Source: Lama glama
Taxonomy: Eukaryota
Direction: 5' to 3'
Length of the DNA stretch: 64,000 bases
Assembly (NCBI GenBank): GCA_028534125.1
Contig: CM052817.1
Span: 77,068,001-77,132,000 of the forward strand
Shown here: positions 11,741 through 26,087 of the stretch, piece after piece
Layout: every line of letters starts with the position of its first letter
Numbering within the stretch: the first letter of the stretch is position 1
Position numbers and translations under genes: made by a program
Notes under the pieces: model-generated
Database searches by the model: none
Seen by the model: the letters and a program-made list of their open reading frames with translations, nothing else
Told to the model about the DNA's origin: nothing

Positions 11741-14700
11741 GTAAGCACATTGAAATCAAGAAAGAAAAAGTAGTTGGAACTGACTAATTTCAGTGGTTGC
11801 ACACTGACAAGAGATTCTAGGAATTCCTGTAGCTTGGACCTATTCTAGTGTTGTTCCTTAGCTCCTGTTTATTCCTGAAGCTATTTTACAAATGTGCCAT
11901 TAAATTTGTGATCTCTGTTTTCAACAAATTCTCCTATTTGCTAAATTTAGCTGGAGTTGTTTTTTTTTTTTTTTTTTTTGCTTACAGTAATAATTGCATT
12001 CAAAATTTTCCATATTTTAGAATATTTTCTTAGGATAGATTTGCTAGCATTAGTATTATTGAGTAAAATTTCTTGGTGGTTTTTTGGTCTTTGATATAAA
12101 TATCTTTCCTTGTGTTTCCAGAGGCCAAACTAAACAAAAAATCTTCTTACTTCTTTAGTGATATGAACATTCTGATATCTGCAGGAAATGGCAAAAGTAA
12201 TTGCTCTCGTTAAGAGGTATGTACTTTAGAAAAATAAAAGGGAATTACTTTTTTAATTCCTATGCCTTTCTGTGGTAATAGGCAGCTATTGTTGTAATTG
12301 TTCTAATGAAATAATTGTAACTAGGTCCATTAGTAAAGATAACTTGCCAACAATAAAATTAAGACAATAGCTTCATACCAAAAACAGATAAGCATGTGCA
12401 TCGGTGTGTGGTGCGGCTGTGTTGGGAGAGATGGAAGGGGTCTGGAAGGGAAAGGGTAGAGTGAAAAAGAGAGAAAAGAGAGGTAATAGAAATGTGCAGG
12501 CATTGGTACATTAACAAGCTCACCTCTCAGGGATGCACAAAACAAAGTCTTCGGTTGTAAGACTGACTGATTTTGATGATTCTTTCTCTACTGTTTCCAA
12601 CCCAACTTGTAGTTCCTTTTATGAATATTAAAAAGTTACTCCTGTTATTTTGTATTTAAATTCATTACTCTGCTTTGGAGGTCCAGTTACTAACAATGAA
12701 TACAGTTGTGGATCTTAATAAATATTTGTTTAGAATCTATTCTAATTCCATTCCCCCATTTACCTTTGGGAACTTCTGTTAAACACTGTGACAAATGCCT
12801 AAGAATTGTTGGGGGTGGGGAGCCAGACGAGGTTTGACCTTGGCCATCTTATTATTATTTCTTTGTAGCCTTGCTCCTCCAAAAAACAAGACTAAGCAGT
12901 TTATCTTTGAATTGTTGAGAATTCTTCATTTTCAGAAATTTTGGATTACATGTTATGCATTGTCCAAGGATAATTTCTACGGTGTGGGAGGTTTAACTTA
13001 TTAAGAATAAAGCAAGTGAAGTCTGTATTAGATGAAAAAACGTATTTGTGACTTTCAATGAAATTCAGGGCAACCACTTTCTAAAGTCATTAGCAGTGCT
13101 ACTTGGTTTAAAGAATTATGTCCCTCTCATATTTTTTAAAACAAAACTCTTTAGTTCACTTGGAAAGAAAAAATACGTATTTTCTATATAGACTTTGAGA
13201 TTCATATTTCTTTCTTGTATAGATTTAGCTCAAGATGTGACACATTCAATATTTTAAAGGCTAATAAAAATATGACACTTGCAAGTTTTTAAACTTGAGC
13301 TTCTTTACAAATTTTTCAATATTTTGTCGCATGTTTTTTCTATCGTATCAAATCGTGAAACAAAGAATCTTACAGTTTATTTACGTAATAGTCATTTACT
13401 CATATAAGACATTTATTGAGCACATACTATGTACCTGTGAATAAAACAGAGAATGAAAGAAATGTCCTGTTCTGGTGCTTACAATCTAGTGAAGGATGGC
13501 ATACAAAAAATATAAAACATATAAATGTATTATAAGCCAGGTGATAAATGTTATAAAAAGAAAATAAAGCAGGACAAAAGGACAGTAACAACAGAGGTGA
13601 CTATGCTATTTTATATAGTTTGCTCAGGACCTTCACTGATACAGCTTATAGTCTCCTTCTGGAGATCAATATAATTTAAGGGTCATGCTAATAATTCCAA
13701 TGCCTAGACTTCAAAGAATCTACCATATCTAATATTTAATGCGCACACACAGACACATATATTCCTTAGAAAAGATGGTTTGTCATATTTGACCAGATGA
13801 TGAATTATATATTCAAGCACAATGCTATTTGGTAGTATATGAATTATGAAATGAGGTTAATTAATATGGTTTACTTTTTGAGATACTAGAAGTCCTTTAC
13901 TTAAAAGCAAATTGTGTTGTTAAAGTTCATTTGTGTATATGCATTTGGATCTCTGAATACATTTTCCCACAGAAACAATATCAAGTATAAGGATATATAT
14001 CCAAGCTTATTACTTAGCTGAAATACAGTTTATTGAAATAGTAGAAAATAATATTATCTCCAATTACAGTATTGAATAAAGTAGAAAGTCTATATGAAAA
14101 AATCAGATTATTTTTCTTCAACGATGATACCGCAGAATATCAGGTTCATTAAGAGGAAAACAAAGAGAAAACAAAAAGGCTATTGAAGGGATTAAGGGGC
14201 ATAAAAGCCTGAGGTTGCTGAAATTGATTATTTTTATATATAATTGTATGTTAAAGTTACAATTTTCTTTAACTTTTAAGAAGCCATGTCATTTAAGGCA
14301 TAAGTAGAGCTGATTTTTCTCTTGCAAATTAAGAAGAGACAAAAAGAAGGTAGGACTCCTTTTAGTTTTGGAAATAATCAAATTGGCAGGAAAAAGCTTA
14401 TCAGAATTTTACATTTAAGCTTTATTTGAAATAACATAGCTGGAAATGAACTCAATGTCCAAAGCAATAAAAGGGTAAAGAAATTTAGAATTGGAAAATA
14501 TTGAACCCACCAAAGGGAAAATTTCTGAAGAATATTTAATGAAGTAGGGAAAAAACAAAATAAGTTCACTGGGGAAAAAGCTAGTAACAAGCTATATGAC
14601 ACTATACAGATTTTTCTATAAATTTTTCAACCAAAAATTTGAAAGTATTATCTCTGGGTATAGAATAATTGGTATTTTAAAGTTTTTCCCCCCCACATTT

Positions 14701-15282
14701 TTTATTTCTAAAATCTGCATTGTTAATTTTTATATTTTTAAAATATATACATTTTATATATTTTAAAGAGTATGAGTTGCATTAATAGGAAAAGTAAATA
14801 AGGAAAGGGTTTTAGAATAACTGTATTAAACGTATTTTCAAAAATGTACAGGGAAAATAATAGTCCTAAGAAAGAAATAGTTCTGTTTTTACTACATTCT
14901 TCCCTAAATGAAAGAAACAGCCTCACGTTAAAGACACTATGGGCAAAAATTCATGTTGGCCTCAGATTTCAGGACCTTTGTAACAGGTTCCTATATCACA
15001 TTCTATTTTACTACCTGGTGTGGGCTCTATTTTCCTGACTGGATCCTGACTAATAGTGGTACTTTTCTTCTAAGAAGCAGTACTTCCTGAATAACAAAAA
15101 TTAGATGTGCAAACACCCCTAACTGTATATTGATCACTCCTCTGTCTCTTCCTGGGTACGAAACACCGCCTGCTCTCGCCTTTGTGCAATGTCTCCCCTT
15201 TGCATCTGCCGCTGGCTATCTTCAGTGAGAAACCAGGAGCCCAACAAGGATAAAATCCGGACTGAGATCAAAAAAGACTTTG

Positions 15283-15470
15283 ATACTATATGTAAGATAG
15301 AGAAACAACAAGGTCCTACTGTATAGCACAGGAAACTATATTCAGTATCTTGTAACAACTTACAATGAAAAAGAATATATATAAATAAACGTATAACTGA
15401 ATCACTGTGCTGTGCACCAGAAACTAACACAACATTGTAAATCAACAGTACTTTAATAAAAGAAAAAAAC
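15283..15470 (+). mobile_element. LINE-1 3' end fragment with A-rich tail
   Basis: aacaaggtcctactgtatagcacaggaaactatattcagtatc...acattgtaaatcaac..aataaaag is typical L1 3' UTR text. Confidence 0.8.
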
Positions 15471-16721
15471 ATTTATTTTTTAAGTTTGACTCTATCTCAG
15501 AAAGATTATGGAGAAAGAACCCTCTCTTAAAAGTTGTCCAAAATTTCAAAACAGGAGCAGCATGTTCCAGAATACAGTGCCCGTTCCTGCACGCTACTGT
15601 CAGTGTTATACATAGTCAGGACCATCTGATCTAGGTTCTGTGTTTCTGCTGGGCAGCAAAAATTATTACTGGCACTTTAATCTTAAATAAGTGCCACTGA
15701 ATTGTAGAAATCATAAGCTAATTTTCATACATTTCTTTGTATTTTGAAGTTTCTTTAAATGAGCCTTAAGAAGCAGCAAACTTTATTTAAAAATCATGTG
15801 CAAGGTTTCTAAAAAATGTCAGACTCAGCAGATTACTTTGTTCAAAACATTGAAACAGAAACATAGTTCCCCCTATAATTCTTTCTCTTATTACCTTTCT
15901 AAATTGAAAAGAAAGGCAACATAATAGTAAAAATTAGTTCCAGTAAAGATAAAAGGTTTAAAGCAGTGTCCTTCATTTTGTTTTACCAGTACACAGAGAA
16001 CTCAGTATTTCACTTGGTGGGCCAGTGTGAGAGAGGTGAGATTCAAAGCCGCCCTTGGTCTGAAACATCACTGCCTCAAGGCTGTGTACTTCCTTTTACG
16101 ACCCTTGTGGTGGAACATGAACAATTACCTGGATGTCAAAGTGGTGTAGAACCAGATAGGATGATTTCTAGAATCGACACCAAAAAAGTAACCTTCCGTC
16201 TTTGAACTAAAGTCAAACAACAGTAGACCTTGTCTTAGTGGACACACACCACACACCCTGTAAGAACCTCTGCCTTCGTAGACTGTTGCTCTACGTAAAA
16301 ATGCAGATAGACAGCAGAGGGAGGCAGGCTGGACAGCCATCGTTTCATCAGAGCTGCTGCAGATTTAGAAATTTAACTCTTTACAATTTCCCTCTAGGTT
16401 TCTCAAACTATAATTCACTGAAGATTGAACTGATCATGTTCGTAGCAAAACACTGCTTTATTTATATAATTATATTATCATAAGTTTGGAGATTTTTCTA
16501 AAGGACTTTAATTTTAATGCAGGCAGTCACATCTTTAGTTTAGCCAACCAGAAAGCAGTATTTTCCTATTTTAATTTCCTGTGAGGTTGGCACATTACTG
16601 TTCCAATACAGAAGAGGTTTGGAACAGGTCAGTGACTTGCACAAAGTCCCATGGTAGGTAATCAGATCTACTGACTGTAGGACCTGCAGAGGCTTAATAT
16701 CTAGGATTTGCTGCTCACTTT

Positions 16722-16880
16722 CTTTTTCTTTTCTTTTAAATTTTTTTTTTGGAGAGGGAGATAATTAGGTTTGCTTGTTTGTTTGTTTGTTTGTTTTAAT
16801 GAAGGTACCGAGGATTGAACCCAGAACCTCGTGCCTGCTAACCACGCGCTCTACCACTGAGCTGTACCCTCCCCCCACCC
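16722..16880 (-). mobile_element. tRNA-derived SINE (Vic-1-like)
   Basis: Reverse complement reads ggtacagctcagtggtagagcgcgtgg...gggttcaatcc (A and B boxes) with an A-rich tail. Confidence 0.85.
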
Positions 16881-19800
16881 CCGCTGCTGCCTCGCTTTAG
16901 ATGCTTACAGTCTTTCACCACTATAGTCTGGGTTGCAACACAAATCTTTTCAGAAACATACTTATTTGTCCTTATAACAAATTCCTAAAACACAGAAGAG
17001 GGATTCAGAGGGCCCTTACCTCTCACTACACAAAGGGATGGATCAGTGTAGGGACTGAAAACTTGGCTTCCAAAGCTTGGCTGCCTGCATGTAAAGCCTC
17101 ACTCTGTGACTCACTGGCTGTCCATTCTTGGATGACTTACTTCATCTCACAGTTCCCCATCTGTATGATGGAGTTAATATTAGTACATGATGCAGGACTA
17201 TGTAGGACTATTGAGAAAAGCAAATGAGAAAATTCATTTAGTGCCTGGCACATGGTGAATTATTATGACATTACCAAATTACCCTTGAGACAGTGTGTAT
17301 GAATTTGCACTCCCTAGAAGTTAAGTATTTTTGTTACGTTAAGCTGCTAAAATTTTGAGTTTAAATTTACTTCTCTGACTCATATAACCTCATCAGTGTG
17401 TATCCAATTCTTGAGCTATTTCTGGTTCTCCGGTTTCTTTTTTTCTTTTTTTGAGATTTAGCTACCATTTTAATACTACATTTTTCGTAAGTTGAAGTTA
17501 TTGCCTAGAAAATTATTCAGTCATAGAATCTGCATGAAGTAGTCTTATGTGGTGGTCATTTCTGTTTCTTCTGCTTTCAAGTCAGTTTCTTAACCTCGTG
17601 AAGCTCAAGATCATCTGCTGGTCTTGGACGGTCTCCTGGGGAGGCAAGGGGTGGCCGCAGCTCACCCCAGGGACACAGAGACAGCGGCGGTGGCAGACAT
17701 ATCAGGGAGCATTCATCCCACAAACCCTCCCTCCTGGCAGTGGACATCCTGCTTGGGTCATCAGCACCTGGTTCTCAGGTTTCTAACTGTACAAAGAGTC
17801 TTCTTTTAATGTTCTCAGAGCAAAACCACCACCTCTAGCCACGGTATTCCATCATAGTTGTGCAGATTATCTGCACCAAGGACACAAGTGATTTGTGGCC
17901 GTTACATCAGTTCCCACCCTCTGAGGAGATTAAAGCAGTCCACTGGATGTCTTTAGTTTTAGCCTTGTCACAGAGCATTCACTGGTTTCCCCAAATCAGT
18001 GATAACTTCTGAGTGTTCGATATGTAACTAAATGCACCAGGCCTCATTTGGCATTTATTTGGCATTTATTGAGCACATGTTTACTGAGCACTTCCTGTGT
18101 GCAGCACTGTGCAAAGGGCTGGGATAGAAAATGAGGTAGGCACAGTCCCAGCCTTCCAGGAGCCTACAGGGCAGACTTCTAATCACGTCCACACCATTGT
18201 CTCAAATATATCCATTAATTCTAGGGGACAAAGCAGTCTTTGGAGCACATGGACAATGCACTGGCATATCATGTTCCTCCAAAGCCTCCAAAATGGACCT
18301 GAGTTCCTTCAAGCCATTCCAGTCTGGAGGCAGAATAACAAGTTCACAGTAACAGTCCTCTCCTCTATCTTCAACTGTGAGGCCGGCTGTCCTTCTTCAA
18401 AAGGCCCATCTCTGCACATTCTCAGAAGTTATCACCTGTGTGCTCAAGAACCCAGTCTTCTCATTTATCAGATCTTGCTTCTTCTCTTCCTCCTCCCCCG
18501 TGTTAGTTGTCTAGGAAGCTGTCCCCAAGCCCCTAATGTAGAAGTTCCACTGCGTTCACTGCTGAAGCTTTGAGAATCACTCTTCTCTCACTTCAGTGAT
18601 AAAGTAACACCTGGGCCTCAAACAGTAACGAGAACTGGCTTCCATTTGTTGGTTGGTTGGTTGGTTGTTTGGTGAGAAGAGTTTTTGATATTTAGTTGCT
18701 GTCCCCTCTCCCTAGAACTCATCTATGGGTCAGTGAGGCTGGAAGGAATCCCATCTGAGAGTCCTCCTCCCAATTCTGTCTCCTGGCAGGTCTCAGCAGG
18801 ACCTAGGGACATGCTCAGGTGTATCTGAGTTCTGTGGTAAGCAGTTTATTCTGAAGCCGGGAACTTTGCTCTACCTGCTTATAAAAATGACTACCCACAC
18901 AAAACTTTCTAGGAATAATTATACCAAACTCCATGAGAAGATTGTGTTGGGGTAGGGGTATTGTGTACTGAATTTGTCCTTATTTTCTAAATTTTCTAAG
19001 GTTCTGTCATGTAATTATATGACTTTGAAAATGAAAAAAATTTATAGCCATATTTAAGAAAAGCATCCTGGTTTTGGAAAATTATACCCTCCACAGCGTG
19101 ACTTCAGCTGTCCTGGACATATCTCAATCAGTGCCTAGGGTTGGTGCTGGCATAGCATTGGTGATCCAGTCCATCTGGGACAGGCTGAGGTTCTGGGTAG
19201 AACTCTAATCTTAGTCTGGGGAAGGAGTACTGAACAGGGGAACCGAGGCATAAAACCAGTTTTCCATGTTCCAGGCACCTATCCCTGGCACTCCAAGTAC
19301 TGGATCAATCATCAAAACCAGAGTCTCACCAGCCAGTGGGGTACATTTCTTGCTTCATCCGGAATGGCTCAAAGCTTGCAGGTGAGGGCTTTCAGTAACC
19401 ATAACCTGCAGCCAGAGTCTAGCTGGGAGCATCTTTAGAAGCCGGACCTGGTTGCTTCTTGATCCCTTCACAACTCAACCTAAGACAAAGACAAGCCAGT
19501 GCTTGCCAAGTTTATTCTTGTCCTCTGAACATGTTTTAACTCATTATTCACCAATTTCTATATCAGAAGAAATAATTCTTACTTACTCCATCTAATTTTT
19601 TAAGTCATTTTAATGCCTCTACATGGTACATTTACTAGAAATTCAGAAAAGAAATAGGATGCTATGAATAACTTGTGCCAAGTGTAAGAGCAGGATGACT
19701 TGATAATCTTACCATATTTTGAAATGTGATCCACAGTGTTCTTAATGTTTATTGGCAAACTTATGTTGAGTTTGTGGTCATTATGTGTATTTAGCCTTTG

Positions 19801-20229
19801 TCATTTATAGCAATTTTTTTTTTATAGCAATTTTATATGTGCGATTTCACTTATTTCTTTTCTGTGTGTTTGTAACTTTCGCAGTCTGTGGAGATTGGCA
19901 ATTCTGAAAAATTATTTTCATTATAAACGCAAAACTCACTTATTGTGGAGAACTTTGTAAACACAAGAAAACATTAAAAAAAACACTTAAGTAATCCATA
20001 ATTCTAACACAAGGGATAATCATTTTAATATATTTATGCATCATTTAGTTTAGTGGTATTTTTAAAATCACAATGCAATGACTGGGTTCACTGGATAAGC
20101 AAAAGACAGCAAGCTTGCCCTGTTTATAACATCCTTCTAAGTGGTTTCTTCAGTTAAATTTCTCTGCTGCTACCTTGCCCCCTAGCTAGATCTGATTGGC
20201 CAAAATAGGCATTGTTCTGTAGGACTTAG

Positions 20230-20733
20230 GCATAACATGGACCCCCCACAAAAATGTCCACATCTTAATCCCTGGAACTTGCTGCCATCTTATGTTACAT
20301 GGGAACTGGGAATGAAGGCTGCATATAGAATTAAGGATGCTAATCAGCTGACATTAATTATCCTGGATTATCCAGGTGGGCCCAATGTAAGCACAAGGGT
20401 CCTTAAAAGTGGAAGTCAGCCAAAAAAGGAGAGAGTGAGAAAGAGACGTGACAAGGAAAGCAGGATCAGAGAGATGCTATGTTGCTGGCTTTGAAGACGG
20501 AGAAAAGGGAGCCATGAACCAAACAATGCTGGTGACCTTAAGCAGCTAGAAAAGCCAAGAAGACAGATTCTCTCCTAGAGCCTCCAGAAAGGAACTCAGC
20601 ATTATTGACACCAGGATTTTAGCCCCGTGAGAGCTATGTTGGGCTTCTGAAACAGAAATGTAAGATCATACATCTGTGTTGTTTTATGCTGCTGGGTTTG
20701 TGGTAATTTGCTACTGCAGTGAAAGGAAACTGA
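20230..20733 (+). mobile_element. MaLR LTR (MLT1D-like)
   Basis: gtccacatcttaatccctggaac ... gattctctcctagagcctccagaaaggaac ... gtttgtggtaatttg are MLT1 hallmarks. Confidence 0.75.
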
Positions 20734-20852
20734 ATTCCTTCGTTTAGTCTTTCAAAAAATAAGGGCTTTCTCTATGCCAGGCAGTGTATTAGGTGCTGGG
20801 GCATTATGCTAGATGCAAGAAACAGTAGTGAAGGGACACACAGAAGAAAAGA

Positions 20853-21001
20853 GTTTTTTTTTTGTTTTTTGTTTTTTTTTAAATTTGAGGGGAGAGGTAA
20901 TTAGGTTTTTATTTATTTTTTTAATGGAGGTATTGAGTACTGAACCCTGGACTTCATGCATGCTAAGTATGTGCTCTACCACTGAGCTATCCCCTCCCCT
21001 C
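20853..21001 (-). mobile_element. tRNA-derived SINE (Vic-1-like)
   Basis: tgaaccctggacttcatgcatgctaagtatgtgctctaccactgagctatcccctcccc preceded by a T tail. Confidence 0.82.
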
Positions 21002-24000
21002 TAGGAAACAGAAATAGACAAGAAAAAAAAAAAAAAAGGAAGAATTGATGCCACCCTTAATTCCAAAGTTTAGCAGTCAATTTACCAGAACAGCTGCAGC
21101 CTCTCAGCCTCTTGCCTTATTGTTGGAAGACAGTTCTCCATGGGTCTCTCATGTTTCTTCATGTCTTATGAGAAGAGGCATTGAGTGACTCTTTCTGAGA
21201 TTATCTTTTCAAAAATAATCATTTATATAGAAAAATCAAATAAAATTGAGGCTAGAAAAAAATGGCATGGCTGTAACAGGTACAAAAGGAAAGTTCACAG
21301 TAAAATTATGGTTCATTTTATTTAGGAAAAAAATCAATTTAGATGAATTAAAAATATTGATTATAAAATGTGAGAGTAACTTCAGTGAAAGTAAAAATAA
21401 AAATGAGAAAACTGGAAATGTTAACTAAGTTACATAGAAAATTGATGGAGGAACAAACTGGCTTGTAGTGTAATGCTGAAAATACTGACTGGTTGGAAAA
21501 TTGTCTAAGTTGGTTCACAAGTTGTGTACTCCAATTGTAATATTTGTATTTAATATTTCCTCAGGGCCAAAACATTGGGGTCAAAATGATCAAAACTGAA
21601 GAGATATATTTCTTATAAAAAGAAATACCTAACTAAAATATTTAGGTAGAACTTCTGAAATGCCATACTGAAGTTATGACTTCTCACGTACTTGATAAAT
21701 TACTTTTAAACAAGCTAATTCCTGAAGCATTGGAATAAGCCACATTAATGCAAAAATACCTTTGGTCTTTGACTATGTTTATTTACCTACTCTCAGAAGT
21801 GAGATCTGTGTCTTCAGCAAAATAATCACTGAAAAGATATAAAGTAATTAACTGCAATATTCACCAGATAAAGCAGGAAAGAATTTTAGAGTATTTTCGT
21901 TTCTTTATCTCGATTCCACAAGTGTAATCGTCATCAGATTTCCTTCTGTATATTTCTACACCACTAAGTAAAATAAAACAGTTCAGGATACTTTCTCTGA
22001 TTATTTTGACATAAGACTTGCATATATAAAATTAAATTTAAAAGACATTTCCCTCTTATTTATCCAGAATAGTTATATGTTCTTAAAATTCTTAAGTCTC
22101 ACCACTCCAAGATAATTGAGGTTATATTTTGCACATTTCCTTTCAGTTGTTTAGGACCTTATATTTTACATATCATATAGCAAAATAAAATAAAGTCTGA
22201 TTTTCACTGTGAACGTAATATAGAAAATTTAGAAAAACTGTAACATTAACATAAAAAGAATAAATCATCAAAAATACAAAACAATTTAATGACTTAAATT
22301 TACTGTAAAGTAAAATTAAATTAATCAGTTTTATTAATTTCTAATCCTCTACATTTTCTGAAGCATATTAGAAAAAAATTAAATGTTGCACATAAAATTA
22401 ACGCTAGAAGGGTATAAAAGCCATATTTATATGGCTATAACTTTCCACCAACATTTTGCCTGAGTAGGGAAAAATTGGAACTACTAGAAAGATTGATTAT
22501 AGTATTTAAAATGTATGAAATCAGCTATTATAAATTGAGAAACATGTTACAGATCAATTTACTTCATGTCACAGATGTATTAAAAGATATTGACCAGAGA
22601 CAGAAGACAAATAAAATGTAAAAAAAGAAAAACTTTTCTATTGATCCAGCTCAAGGATAGGTTACCACTACTAGTTTAGAGTCTTCAAAGTTGATATACA
22701 TTGTTCCTAATAATACACTTTAAGGAAGAAAGGTAGGCCTACTCTTACTGAAAAAACAAAAAACAACAAAAAAAACTCTAGTATCCGGAAGGGGTTAATA
22801 AGATGTCTTGGGAAAAACTGAAGTGCACAGGGCCAAACACATTTATTGCCAGGGCATGAAAAACAATTGAAAAACATTAATATGCTCAGAACATTTGTAT
22901 ACTGACCCACTTTCCCATAAGTTAGAAGAGAACATGAAATATTGAATAAAAAGTCACAAAATTCTGAAAAAATTATATATATATAATTAAAAAACTGTTT
23001 TAGGAACATTTTTGACAAGTTCCAACACATTTTAGTAGAGATATTTAACTATGATTTAAAGAATATTATTCAATATATTAATAATGAAAATCTTATTATT
23101 TCTAAAATGTGAGTCATAGGAAAAAGTGGTTATATTGAACATTTATTTTTAACCAAGAAAAACATCCATGAAACCTTCTAAATGAGGTTGGTCAACAAAA
23201 AGTAGTGCCCTTTGAATATTCTAGTCCATAGTATTCAACCTTCATTTAATTATCTAGTTCAAATTGCTATGATTTATTAAGAACAATATGGATAGAAATG
23301 ACATAATTCCCAGAAGACATTATTTAAGAGTCTAAGATTAATACTGAGAATACCAAAGCGATTGAATAATGCAATATGTTAAGCATGACAGAGCAGAATC
23401 TACAAGCTACCATTTGTAGTATATTGTTCTGATGAAAATTAATGATAGGGAACATTTTATTGATGAATAAAAGGTTTAATCAGTGAGTATGTACAATGAG
23501 ATAATGCTATCAGAACAAACTGATGCTTTTTAAACCACTGTCTCACAGATTACATGAAATTTAACAAAAGGCAAACTTTTGATAGAGAATCTTTGTATTT
23601 TCCAGATTTGCAGAGCAATTGTCTTTGAATATTACATAATCACATTTTCACATTTCCTCTTCTTTCCCAGACTGACTGCTGGAGGCAAATTTCAGATCGA
23701 CTTCTAACACTTTTGATGGAGGAATATATTTAAAGCAATACTTCATGCTAATCAGCTATCCATCTGTCTTCTACTTATGGCCATTCAAATCCTCCCAGAA
23801 TCTGTTTTAAAACACGTGCATCCTTTTGCTAGCAACATTACTTATTCCTCTGCCCAATCAAGGCAAACATACTAATTATCCGTGAGTCATATGGCTCTCA
23901 AATACACAAGTTTCATTATCTACTATTATTATAAATCTAGGCACTGTCTTCTTATTCTTTCCTCTTAGTCCTGCCCATCAGAGATGTTCACACTGGGATA

Positions 24001-24289
24001 TTCAATATAGGTCCATAGGCATCTGAAAATATAACCCTGAGAATAATATATTAATAATATTGTTCTACCTTCTCCCCTCCCGCACCAATCTATTTCTATC
24101 TTTCAGTTTGAAGAGACTCACAGAATTTCTAACTAACTTAATGATATTCAGTATTCGTCGTTTTGCTAAGGTATCTATTTACTATGAAATCTATGATATC
24201 TGTTTAACTATCTATCATCTAGCCTTGAGAAAATTCACCAAAAATAAGTATTTTCAAGACAATGAAAGAATATTCATTAATGAAAAGTA

Positions 24290-24972
24290 GTTAAATAAAG
24301 ATAAAGGAAAAAAACTCTTATCATATCATTCTTCAGTGGTATACTAAAGGGTGGCATAACATTTATTAGTTTTGTCAAGCCACTCCCCAAAAAGGTATGA
24401 AACTTTAACAAAAGGCAAACTTCTTGATATGAAAAATTCATTGCTATGATTTCAGATTTCACATAGCAACTAGGCTTTAAAAAATTACCACATGTCAAGT
24501 TTCCATGTAGTATGAAGAAGAATATCCATAATTATCTGAAAAGAATATTGAAGTTTTAAAGGCTTACATTCCTTTCCAGATATCTGCATGAGACCAGATT
24601 TTCTTCATATACTTCAACCAAAACAACATAACACAGCGAAGTGAATGCAGGAAAAAATATGAGAATCTTGCCATTCTTTATTAAGCCAAACATGAAACAG
24701 ATTTTTTAAAAATGTAAAACAATGCCAATCTTTTCAAAAGAATCTTTTGTTTTGGAAAATACAGTTATTTTCATAAAACATATTGTTTATGCTAATGTAT
24801 AGTGGGATAGTTATTTTTAAATGAATGAATTTCTTAAGTTTTTCTCAGTTTTAATTTCTAACCTTGTAAATAATGATTGATAGAATCCTCACAAACATAA
24901 ATTGAGCTCTTTGAGGTTCCCAGTTTTTAAGAGGATAAAGGGGTCCTTGACTGAAATGTCTGAGAACCACTG
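24290..24972. mobile_element. hAT-Charlie-like DNA transposon fragment
   Basis: Terminus gggtccttga...tgagaaccactg and a Charlie1-like interior; family assigned from memory. Confidence 0.55.
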
Positions 24973-26087
24973 AATTATTTCATGCCCTTTGAACTGCAGT
25001 TGAGGAACCTGGGATACAAAATGGTTAGGTGATTTTATCCAAGTCATAAAGCTAGTTCATTTTCATGGCTCCAGAATTTCAAAAGCCTACTTTATATTTA
25101 TAAATAAAAGTTCTAATTTTATAAATTAAATTATATTTTTTATTTTACTGAATTCTATTAAAATACTCCTAGTTATATTAAGGTAACTATAAGACTGTTT
25201 TGACATTTTAAAATTCTTTTAAAAACTCTATACACAATGTATCTTATGAAACTGTATAGTATATTTCAAGTTTCATTTTCTTTTAGAATTATTTAAGAAT
25301 CCGAGTTACATCTTGGATAAGTTGATGATTTTTTTTTCCCTATTCTTGTGTTTTATTATTGTGTTGAGTTCCATGGGGTCTCAAGTAAATGAATACTAAT
25401 ATCAAAAAGTTTTTTCATTTCAAAATAAGGAATGTCTTCAATGTTCTAATATACACACACACATAAACTTTATAAACTTCTAAGTTTATAAGGTATAGTT
25501 CACTGAGGCTATCCTGAGATATCTGAGTTGTATTCTAAAAACACAATTTAAAATAATCTAAGACAATTTTTCAGTCTAGCTAAATTCCAATTTTATCTTT
25601 AGATTTATCTGCAACACAATCCCCCAAATTAATCGAACATATGTAATATAATCCCCTAGTATCTCTAAGAATGTTGCATCCTTTGTGGCACAAAGTCTTG
25701 TGATATCACCATGTAAAAAAATGTGCCGTTCCACACAAATATAGACACAAAAATCCTACAGTACTTGGAATAAATAGAAACTTTTACATAGCATCTTGAT
25801 GAGGTAAGCTTGCTTTATATTCTTTTAACAGAACAAGACACTAAGCAGTAAAGATCTGTTCAGACTTGCTTAGGTTAAATCATAGAATTACTGGTGAAGT
25901 CAAAGGATAAAAATTTCCACGGTTTCTGGAACTTGGAAACACAATAATGGTATCCTCTCTTGCAGTTAGAATCAAGATATGTTTGAGATATATTTTGTCC
26001 TACATCGTTTGTGTGCTTCATGCACCAGGAATAAAGAACATGACTTAGTGATAACATGAGTCGAATTTGTCAGAAACTAGAACTCAC

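Noticed and set aside
16800..16875. tRNA-Ala-like sequence (also near 4560, 20950, 40340)
   Set aside because: Multiple diverged copies with tails and target-site duplications: SINE heads, not tRNA genes
18097..18573. 158 aa plus-strand ORF
   Set aside because: Starts in an L2-like remnant with a non-ATG start; no splice or homology support
25603..25803. Plus-strand exon-like segment (ttttag| ... gag|gtaagc)
   Set aside because: The frames I checked contain stops and it has no partner exons; the minus-strand reading explains the region better
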